A stretch of DNA of 64,000 nucleotides, taken from assembly GCA_963719035.1 (NCBI GenBank), contig CAVRAO010000011.1:32001-96000 (forward strand), given 5' to 3'. This document shows positions 8,762-17,245 of this stretch, piece by piece. The notes beneath the pieces were generated by a model, which saw only the letters and a list, made by a program, of their open reading frames with translations, did not search any database and had not been told where the DNA came from. Both the position numbers and the translations under genes were made by a program. This DNA comes from Methanobacteriota archaeon. GTDB taxonomy: Archaea > Halobacteriota > Bog-38 > Methanoflorentales > Methanoflorentaceae. Within the stretch, counting starts at the first letter, position 1. Each line of letters starts with the position of its first letter.

Positions 8762-9601
8762 ATGAGCTGTTACGAGTATTGGGCTAAGATTTCCACGATA
8801 GCGGATGCGTTGGGCGTTCATGATATCAATGCCATCAAGAGAAAGGCCTTGGCCGAAATCGTGCCTCTCCTCGATGCGATAGAAATCATTGCACACGATA
8901 CAACCATTGAGTTTGAAGAGGCGCAGCACATTCTGGATAACGAACGAATGAACGAAGCTCTGAAGATTATTAGAGAGTTCTATGTCGCTATCGGGGAGCG
9001 TTTGGAGAAACAAATTGCTTACGAGATACTAGATGCAGAAGAACCGAGGATAGCGCTTGAGTCGTACCACTACTATGAACGGTATCCGATCTTGGTAGGG
9101 AACGAGGTACTGCTAGCAGCCTTCTCAGCAGGGGATCGGGTGGTGTTCATTGGTGGGGGGCCGCTGCCTTTAACACCGATTCTACTACACAAGTGCTATG
9201 GTATTGATGGGATAAGCGTTGAGATAGTGCCTGAGATAGCTGCGCTCTCTGAGCGGGTACTCGGTAAATTAGGTTACGGCTCTGAGATCAAGGTGGTTTG
9301 TGGGGACGAAACAGTATTGTCGGATTTGAAGTGTGATGCTGTTATTGTAGCGGCGCTAGCAGAGCCCAAAAAGAGAGTTTTCAGGAATATCAAACGTTTA
9401 GTTGCCGCAGAAACAAAAATTCTTTATCGGACGTATACCGGTATGCGGGCGATCCTATATGCGCCAGTGGTGAGCACAGACCTAACGGGGTTTCAAGAGG
9501 TAGCGAGGGTACTACCGACAGGTAAGGTAAACAACACTTCGGTTCTAATAAGAAAGAATCGAAAGTTTGCACCAAGCCAAGAAAAGCGTTTTAATCATTA
9601 A
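8762..9601 (+). CDS. Nicotianamine synthase-like protein (copy 2)
   Basis: YHYYERYPILVGNE, VFIGGGPLPLT, AALAEPK, YRTYTGMRAILY, GKVNNT. Confidence 0.88.
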   Translation: MSCYEYWAKISTIADALGVHDINAIKRKALAEIVPLLDAIEIIAHDTTIEFEEAQHILDNERMNEALKIIREFYVAIGERLEKQIAYEILDAEEPRIALESYHYYERYPILVGNEVLLAAFSAGDRVVFIGGGPLPLTPILLHKCYGIDGISVEIVPEIAALSERVLGKLGYGSEIKVVCGDETVLSDLKCDAVIVAALAEPKKRVFRNIKRLVAAETKILYRTYTGMRAILYAPVVSTDLTGFQEVARVLPTGKVNNTSVLIRKNRKFAPSQEKRFNH

Positions 9602-10224
9602 GCTCGCGATCGATCACCAGCGCCGAATGACAGTTGCCACTTATTAACGTCATCGCTCCCATAATGAGCCTTTAATGCTTCTTTTACCCCCCATCTAACA
9701 AGTTTCGCTACCCTGCTTCCAAACGGAGTGGCCAGTCCGCTGTATAAAATCGAGTCACCCTTGCTGCTATTTTCATACGCAACGATAACCGCATCGCTCG
9801 TCGTGCCTGTGAATTGCAATCCCTTGTCGCTCAGGGCGCGCGTCTTTGCTTCCGTGGCGGTAATTATCGTCCCTGCGATCGCCCCCTCGCTCAACGTTTC
9901 TGAGGATATGACAATTATGTTAATGGTGCCAAACGACGACGGATTCGTGAGTCCTGCAGTCACAAAAACCGTCACGCACGCACCGCTCAGAATCCGTACG
10001 TTCTGCATCTCAACTGCTGTGAGAAGCGCGAGATACCCCCCTTCGAGCGTCATTGATGCTGCAACGTCATCAATGTAGCTCTTCGGATCGTTGTGAGAAA
10101 AATCGGGGGAAACCTGGATGTTAAGGATATTTTTTACCGCTCTTCTGCCGCCGTCGACACCACTGCTCAGGGCTTCAAAGTTACCTTTCAGCACTAAGAC
10201 TCGGTCTAATATCTCATATTCCAC
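9598..10224 (-). CDS. cbiZ: Adenosylcobinamide amidohydrolase (copy A)
   Basis: TAG, GTINI, TATEAK, TGTTSDA motifs; follows corrinoid ABC ATPase fragment. Confidence 0.85.
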   Translation of the reverse strand: MEYEILDRVLVLKGNFEALSSGVDGGRRAVKNILNIQVSPDFSHNDPKSYIDDVAASMTLEGGYLALLTAVEMQNVRILSGACVTVFVTAGLTNPSSFGTINIIVISSETLSEGAIAGTIITATEAKTRALSDKGLQFTGTTSDAVIVAYENSSKGDSILYSGLATPFGSRVAKLVRWGVKEALKAHYGSDDVNKWQLSFGAGDRSRA

Positions 10225-10764
10225 GCTTGTTCACCTTCAAGTAATACACTTTGAAATGCGCTATCCGACGTGTGACTCTATGTATTCTACGAGCGTCTCA
10301 AGCTCTGTGAAAACGAGGCATCTCTCTCGTAAGTCCCCATATAAACGTTGAGCAACGCCTGGCGTAAAATCGCGAGACTCTATAGGCGTCTCCTCCAATA
10401 TGACGAGTTTATCTCCTGCAAGAGCTGCTGCTTCGAGGTTCTTTAAGTTCGCCGGCCCAAAGCAGATATTCGGCAGTACGACGACGCGTGCCTCCCGAAT
10501 GAGTTGTCCGTTACGGCTGGTCCACCTCACTCGAAATGGGTGAAAACGGTGCTTCGACGGCGCACTCAATGCCGTAGTACTGCGCTACGTCGTAATCGGT
10601 GTCGAGTGTGTTGACCACGCCGGCAGAGACGCTAAACCCTGTTGGATAAGCGCATGGATGACAGGTGCCCCCTTGCCCCCGCCGGGAATGACGTGCACCT
10701 TTTCAGAGCTGCGCTCTCCAGGCGTGTGCTGCGGGAGAAGTGTTATCGAAAAAGCGTTCGTAAT
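9650..10764. repeat. Direct duplication copy A (cbiZ plus btuD 3' part); copy B at about 12716..13830
   Basis: Near-identical DNA at an offset of about 3066 bp. Confidence 0.95.
10261..10764 (-). pseudogene. Duplicated 3' fragment of corrinoid ABC ATPase
   Basis: Matches 13327..13830 with small indels; lacks N-terminus. Confidence 0.9.
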
Positions 10765-10917
10765 AATGTCTTTTTTTGCTGATTTAATGCACGTGAAGTC
10801 CTGCCTAGAACGGGAATTGAGGGCTGTTTAGATTTCATCACCCAACGACGGTGGTTTGCAGGACGTGTATGCCTCGATGCCGTTTTTAAATGTCGTTGCT
10901 TGGTCGATCACATGTCC

Positions 10918-11153
10918 TCATCGATATTTCGACAAATAAACAAAAGCAGCGATGGCGATAAAAACCAGTGCTAAGACGATTGCGACGTATAAGGGGACGT
11001 TTCCGCCTTCGATAACGCCCTCATGCTCCGCCTCTCAGAGACGTTGGTTAAGCCTTGTTCGATGTCATGCATGTCGACGCGCGAGGCTGTCCAGAAAGAG
11101 AGCGCTATCGCGCCTATGAAGATAGCCGCCAATACGAGATATTGCCACTTCAC
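10918..11153 (-). pseudogene. Two-TM CbiN-like partner of CbiM, frameshift near 11030
   Basis: VKWQYLVLAAIFIGAIALSFW then in another frame HEGVIEGGNVPLYVAIVLALVFIAIAAFVYLSKYR. Confidence 0.55.
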
Positions 11154-11154
11154 G

Positions 11155-11807
11155 TCACTCACCGACAACGTCTCGTGGAGTGAGCAAATCACGGCGCACC
11201 TTCCCCAAATATTCCACGACAAATCCCGTCACAATAGCCTCGCCTACGGCCACAAGCAGGTTCAAGAGGGGGACTTGGAGTGTGTACACGAGCAACGCAC
11301 TTCCCGAAAGGGCGCTCCCCTGTATCCCCGAAATCACGATGATGATTACTGACAAGGCGTTTCCGACAAGCAACCCGCCAAACGCCGCGACCGCTCCGCG
11401 GGTGAAGAGCTCAAAACGGCGGGTCGCATAATAGAAGAGGTAATACGCGCTCGCGACCTCGCTGATATTCACAAGGGTGTTTGCCCCGATCAGCCCCCAC
11501 CCGCCGTGGCTGATCGCGGCGCTGAGAATATTGACAATCAACACGATCAGCGACCCGATGGCAGGGCCGGCGAGAATGCCGATGAGTGGGGTGAGGTTCA
11601 TATGCACCCCGCCAGCGAACGGGATATTCACCTGAAATATTGCAAACGATGCGGCGGCGAGCAATGCGCAGTGGTGATCCGTTGGCTGGCGATAGTCTGG
11701 CGACGTGCGACGAGGAGCGCTACAGCAAGCACGATCAAGGCGATCGCCCACCAGAAGATCACCCACTGGATCGAAAATACTCCATCCGGCAGATGAATGT
11801 GTGCCAT
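11155..11807 (-). pseudogene. cbiM: Second CbiM-family ECF S component, frameshift near 11665
   Basis: MAHIHLPDG N-terminus in one frame; GGVHMNL..HGG..GAN in the next. Confidence 0.85.
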
Positions 11808-11898
11808 TAGCGATAGCCTCACGCGGTATCCCCTGTGAAGAGGATATTTTTTAGGTATATGCTATTCCTACCCTATTTATAAATAAATCTATTGATTC

Positions 11899-12408
11899 TT
11901 AGAGTAGGATCTTATCCTTATGCGTATAAACCAGCGTGTACAATAGCGGCTTATTAGTCAGGTTGCTGATATGATCGACCCGATCGACATGTTGTATCGC
12001 TTTAAGAATGGCGTCAAGCCGAGCGGCATACGTTTGCAGCATTTCGTCGATTTCCTGTTGCTTTTTCCAGTCAGCGATGCCCTTCTTCACTTCAACAAGA
12101 CGTTCCCTTGACATGTACCGCCACTTTCCATGCTGCCGCGAAGGCTCAAAATAGTAGTAGGGGCCGTGCAATGCGCCGGTCCTGCAGCGGCAACTCCGCT
12201 TACCACATCGCATATGCCGCTTTCGCAGTGAGCCGGGAAGCGGGTTCAGTTTGGCACGCTCATCAGTCAACGCCGAAATATGCTCAATGAGTTCGCTACT
12301 TTCGTGCAGCAAGTGCTTCACATGGACGATCTCTGATTCAGCACGATTATCCACGTCCTGTTCTCCTTCGTTTGAGCCAATGCGGTAACCGACCACGATA
12401 CGCTGCAC
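11899..12408 (-). CDS. DUF6788-like Zn-finger protein
   Basis: GSL...RCGKRSCRC..G..HGPYYY motif. Confidence 0.7.
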   Translation of the reverse strand: MQRIVVGYRIGSNEGEQDVDNRAESEIVHVKHLLHESSELIEHISALTDERAKLNPLPGSLRKRHMRCGKRSCRCRTGALHGPYYYFEPSRQHGKWRYMSRERLVEVKKGIADWKKQQEIDEMLQTYAARLDAILKAIQHVDRVDHISNLTNKPLLYTLVYTHKDKILL

Positions 12409-12684
12409 TATCAGTGCTAACTCTATTTCAATCGATTGCTCAAATTGGCAGTCTTCATTTGTGGTCCAGTATACTGTGTTTTTTATATCTTATTTTAGCG
12501 ATTGGCTCTCTGAGGCAGCACGTTCAACGAATCATTTTGTCTCATCCTTTATACCGTGAAACCGAAATCACCTGTATAGGTCATAAGCCAGGCGCTTGTG
12601 TGCAGCTCGTGGGCCGCGGCCCCCTTCCAGCGAATGCTGTACCGGGAGGCTCTCTTTTCAAGCCCTCCGATAGTGAACTGATTC

Positions 12685-13290
12685 TCAACGACGTTGTGCG
12701 GCCGAGGTCTCTTCGCCGTTGCTCCCATAATGAGCTTTCAGCGCGTCTTTTACTCCTAGTCTGACGAGTTTTGTGACTCTTTTGCCAAATGGGGTAGCAG
12801 GCCCGCTGTACAGAATATGCCCATCATCACCGCAGTCTTCATATGCGATCACCACTGCGTCAGTTGTTGTCCCGGTGAAATTGAATCCGTAATCGAGAAG
12901 GGCGCGCGCTTTCGCTTCGGTGGCCGTAATTATCGCCCCTGCGATCGCCCCCTCGCTGAACGTTTCTGAGGATATGACAATTATGTTGATGGTGCCAAAC
13001 GACGACGGATTCGTGAGTCCTGCAGTCACAAAAACCGTCACGCACGCATCGCTGAGAATCCGTACGTTCTGCATCTCAACTGCTGTGAGAAGCGCGAGAT
13101 AGCCCCCTTCGAGCGTCATTGATGCTGCAACGTCATCAATGTAGCTCTTCGGATCGTTGTGAGAAAAATCGGGGGAAACCTGGATGTTAAGGATATTTTT
13201 TACCGCTCTTCTGCCGCCGTCGACACCACTGCTCAGAGCTTCAAAGTTACCTTTCAGCACTAAGACTCGGTCTAATATCTCATATTCCAC
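12685..13290 (-). CDS. cbiZ: Adenosylcobinamide amidohydrolase (copy B)
   Basis: TATEAK, TGTTTDAV; last gene of the btuFCD-like operon. Confidence 0.87.
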   Translation of the reverse strand: MEYEILDRVLVLKGNFEALSSGVDGGRRAVKNILNIQVSPDFSHNDPKSYIDDVAASMTLEGGYLALLTAVEMQNVRILSDACVTVFVTAGLTNPSSFGTINIIVISSETFSEGAIAGAIITATEAKARALLDYGFNFTGTTTDAVVIAYEDCGDDGHILYSGPATPFGKRVTKLVRLGVKDALKAHYGSNGEETSAAQRR

Positions 13291-13326
13291 GCTTGTTCAC
13301 CTTCAAGTAATACACTTTGAAATGCG

Positions 13327-14650
13327 CTATCCGACGTGTGACTCTATGTATTCTGCGAGCGTCTCAAGCTCTGTGAAAACGAGGCATCTCTCTCGTAAGT
13401 CCCCATATAAACGTTGAGCAACGCCTGGCGTAAAATCGCGAGACTCTATAGGCGTCTCCTCCAATATGACGAGTTTATCTCCTGCAAGAGCTGCTGCTTC
13501 GAGGTTCTTTAAGTTCGCCGGCCCAAAGCAGATATTCGGCAGTACGACGACGCGTGCCTCCCGAATGAGTTGTCCGTTACGGTGGTCCACCTCACTCGAA
13601 ATTGGTGAAAACGGTGCTTCGACGGCGCACTCAATGCCGTAGTACTCCGCTACGTCGTAATCGGTGTCGAGTGCGTTGACCACCCCGGCAGAGACGCTTA
13701 AGCCCTTTTGGATCAGCGCGTGGATGACGGGCGCCCCCTTGCCCCCGCCGGGAATGACATGCACCGTTTCAGAGCTGCGCTCTCCAGGCGTGTGCTGTGG
13801 GAGAAGTGTTATCGAAAAAGCGTTCGTAATCGGGTGTTTTCTGACGAGCGCTGAGACGCCAAACGCTTCCGCGATGTGCTCTTGGGTCAGTACCTCCTCG
13901 ACGGTGCCGTCAGCGATGATCTCTCCACGTTTTAACAGCAGCAGTCGATCACAGGTACTGAGCGGCGAGATTGAGATCATGAATAGCAGCGATAACCGCA
14001 ATGCCAGAAGCTGCAAGGCGCCTTACAAGGTCAAAGATCTCAATTTTGATCCCAATGTCGAGCTGTGAAGTTGCCTCGTCAAGAAGGAGTATCTTCGGCT
14101 CTTGGGCCAAAGCACGGGCAATAATGACGCGCTGTCGCTCGCCGCCTGAGAGCTCGGCAATCTTGCGATCAGCAAACTGAGCGACATCAGTCATCTCTAA
14201 GGCCTTTCGCGTCACGTCAAAATCGTACGTCGATTCGGTTCCGAGGAATTTGATGTGGGGGTTCCTGCCCATAAGCACGACCTCCTCGACGGTAAAATCA
14301 AAAAAAAACATGTCGGTACTCTGGGGCACGACTGCCATCTGTTGTGCGAGTCGTTTAGGCTTTATCTGGTAAACATCAACATCATCGAGCGTTATGATGC
14401 CGACTTGTGGCCTTAGCACCCCGCTGATTGCTTTAATGAGCGTTGTCTTTCCTGACCCGTTAGGACCGACAAGACCGATCACCTCGCCGGGCCTGACCGT
14501 CAGTTGTGCGTTATTGAGCGCTTGCGTCTCAATGTAGTAGCAGTCGACGCCATCAACCCGCACACGTCCTGGTCCTCCTGTTTCAGAGCCACCTTCTTTA
14601 TCGAGTATATGCATTAACCGTTTCCTCGTCCGTTGTATGTGCGGCAGCAT
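13327..14650 (-). pseudogene. btuD: Corrinoid/iron-chelate ABC ATPase with C-terminal extension, frameshift near 13952
   Basis: GPNGSGKT, LSGGERQR, LLLDEAT, HDLNLAAQY|CDRLLLL across two frames. Confidence 0.85.
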
Positions 14651-15655
14651 CTAAAAGATGTTTTTCCTCCTGCTCCAGACCAGATACATAAAAAACGGGG
14701 CGCCAAGCAACGCAGTGATAATCCCAACGGGCATCTCAGAACCAGGTATGACGGACCGTGCGACAATGTCGGCCCAGATGAGCAAAATACCGCCGAAGAG
14801 CGCGGAAGCAGGAATGAGCGCCCTATGATCCGGACCCGTAAACGTCCGAACCACGTGGGGCACGATGAGCCCGACAAACCCGATGATGCCGCAGAAAGCG
14901 ACGGCAACCCCCACCACGAACGACACGGTTACCAAGAGGATTTTCTTGAGGCTCTCGACGGCCACACCTAGGTGCTGCGCTGATTCTTCCCCTGAAAGCA
15001 TCAGGTTCAAGTCACGCGCATATGCGTAGATGACGATCGTCCCGATGAGAATTATGGGGAACGTTATCTCCACGTACTCCCATCTGCTCGCCCACAGCCC
15101 CCCCATGAGCCAAAAAACGAGTTGGTGCAGATTCTCCCCCGCGACGAACATGAGGTACGAGATCAACGCTGAAAAGAGGGTTGAGAGCGCGATGCCCGAA
15201 AGCAGCAGCAGCGAGACTGAGCTTCTCGGGCCGATCATGGACAGCGCGTATACCGTAAAGGTGGCGATTACGGCGCCGGCGAATGCCGCGGGCGGGACGA
15301 AGACCGCACTAACCACCCCAAGTGAGATGACGAGGGCGGCACCAAACCCCGCACCGCTTGACGCCCCAAGCACGTAAGGGTCCGCCAACGGGTTCTTAAA
15401 AAGGGCCTGCATTGCGACGCCTGCGACGGCAAGACCCGCCCCCACGAGGAGCGCCATGAATGTTCGGGGGAGGCGTATCTGATATACGATGATTGCCTCA
15501 GCCTCAGACCACGTGCGATTTGTAGGCACGACCAAGTTTGTGAGAATTGCTGCTATCTTTTGTGGAGGGATCCAGACCGGACCGACAGCCACACCTATTA
15601 CAACAGACGCGAATAATACTCCTGCAAGCACTAAGAGCGTCGCGTTTCGTTTCAA
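14651..15655 (-). CDS. btuC: Corrinoid ABC permease (FecCD/BtuC family)
   Basis: IRLPR, NPLADPYVLG, GIIGFVGLIVPH, MPVGIITALLGAPFF. Confidence 0.9.
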   Translation of the reverse strand: MKRNATLLVLAGVLFASVVIGVAVGPVWIPPQKIAAILTNLVVPTNRTWSEAEAIIVYQIRLPRTFMALLVGAGLAVAGVAMQALFKNPLADPYVLGASSGAGFGAALVISLGVVSAVFVPPAAFAGAVIATFTVYALSMIGPRSSVSLLLLSGIALSTLFSALISYLMFVAGENLHQLVFWLMGGLWASRWEYVEITFPIILIGTIVIYAYARDLNLMLSGEESAQHLGVAVESLKKILLVTVSFVVGVAVAFCGIIGFVGLIVPHVVRTFTGPDHRALIPASALFGGILLIWADIVARSVIPGSEMPVGIITALLGAPFFMYLVWSRRKNIF

Positions 15656-15702
15656 GCGAATACAGTCCGTTTTTTAACGCCGGACTTCGTGCACTTGCAT
15701 TA

Positions 15703-16623
15703 CTACGATGCTTGGTTTATAATTTTGATTATCTGATCCATAGCATCGAAGGCGCGCGGCCCGGGCCGGGATATTACGTCGGTGTTCAAGACGAAAACTT
15801 TGCCGTTCTTGATGGCATCGACCGTAGTAAGGGCGGGGTCTGACTTGATCTGTTCAATTACCGTAGAATTCATCGCACTGTTCGCGATAATTATCGAAGG
15901 GTTGAGAGCAACTACCGACTCCTTGCTCATAGTACCATACCCGCTTACGTTGGCCAACTTCGCGACATTAATGCCCCCGGCCCGAGCGATGATGTCCCCT
16001 TCAAAGGTGTCCGCTCCTGCCGACATTATCGGGTCGTTCCACACAAGATAAAGCACGCGTGTTTGTGTCGCGTTGCTTGTCGCGTTGCTTTTGTTCAGCC
16101 TCTCCGTCAAGTTCGCAACAAGTGCGCTGCTATTTACGGTCGTACCAGTTATTTTGCCGATCAATGAGAGGTTATCCAATATGCCGGTTAAGCTATGTGG
16201 GTTGAGGACGACCGTCGGTATCCCATAACCACTAAGCGTTGACAGCACGGTATCGTTGTTCAGAGAACTTGCGAAGACGATATCAGGCTTGAGGGAAACG
16301 ATTTTCTCAATGTTAGGCGTGCTGAATCCGCCTACTTTTGTGATATTGACAGCCGCTGGTGGATAGTTGTCATACGTGGTGCCGCCAACAACCTTGTCGC
16401 CCAGTCCGAGGGCGAACAAGTCTTCTGTAATAGAAGGAGCGAGTGACACAATGCGATTAGGTGTTTGAGCGATGGTGACGGTTCTTCCGGCATCATCGGT
16501 AACCGTGATGCCGCCCGATTGAGTTGTCTGGTTTGAAGACAGCTGTGTGCATCCCGCCCCCAACGTAGCGAGGAGTACAGCGCAGATCACGACGCACGTT
16601 ACTTTTTTTTGTGTTATGTTCAT
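15703..16623 (-). CDS. btuF: Corrinoid-binding lipoprotein (BtuF-like)
   Basis: LGAGC lipobox, RIVSLAPSITE, SRPGPR; operon with cbiZ. Confidence 0.88.
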   Translation of the reverse strand: MNITQKKVTCVVICAVLLATLGAGCTQLSSNQTTQSGGITVTDDAGRTVTIAQTPNRIVSLAPSITEDLFALGLGDKVVGGTTYDNYPPAAVNITKVGGFSTPNIEKIVSLKPDIVFASSLNNDTVLSTLSGYGIPTVVLNPHSLTGILDNLSLIGKITGTTVNSSALVANLTERLNKSNATSNATQTRVLYLVWNDPIMSAGADTFEGDIIARAGGINVAKLANVSGYGTMSKESVVALNPSIIIANSAMNSTVIEQIKSDPALTTVDAIKNGKVFVLNTDVISRPGPRAFDAMDQIIKIINQAS

Positions 16624-16639
16624 GTTAATGTACCAAATA

Positions 16640-16892
16640 ACACCCCAAACGATGGGGCCAATCTTACGGTTTGCCCGTAATTGCTACGGTTTCAAATAAC
16701 GGCCAGAGCCGATTATTGCAGGGGGTAAACTCGGCCGGTGCGACAGGAGATGGCGGCGCTACATCAGTGCGAGCAATTGGAGGAGATTATGGATCCGCTC
16801 GTAGCTTGATAATGTCAAAGACATCAACCCACAAAAAGGATTGCAGCCGCCGCCATTCCCATGTGGAAGCCAGTCATATCCAACGCTTAAGT
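16640..16892 (-). promoter_or_regulatory. Structured 5' leader of btuF operon (riboswitch-like)
   Basis: CTTAAG TATA-like box at 16886; long stem 16839..16860 with 16746..16765 plus four further hairpins. Confidence 0.5.
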
Positions 16893-17245
16893 GCACCTTA
16901 TCCTATATCAATTTATCTTGAGAATCATCAATTTTACTTGATAAATTGGAAAGCAAGCGGCTCAAGCTTTGAGGCGACCCGCGTGAAGAGTTGTCAAGGC
17001 GTGTTGTCTCGTTTAAGGCGTTTCATGGTCCAAAGAGCCTAACTCTGAAATGATGGAACATTAGCGAGTAATACTTTCATCCTTCTTTTGGACAATACAT
17101 ACAGCTTTAAAGAAAGAGACAAGGCACCCCCGCTTTGTCGTACAGTTGAGTGGATTTCGTTCGAAGCTACGTGCTTTAACAAGGCAGTACGCGCTTTGAG
17201 AGGCCGGGGCGTTGTTACACACGTATTAAACGAGCAGGCGAATGG

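Noticed and set aside
11899-12408. Insertion sequence
   Set aside because: DUF6788-like genes often accompany transposases, but no transposase or terminal repeats are visible.
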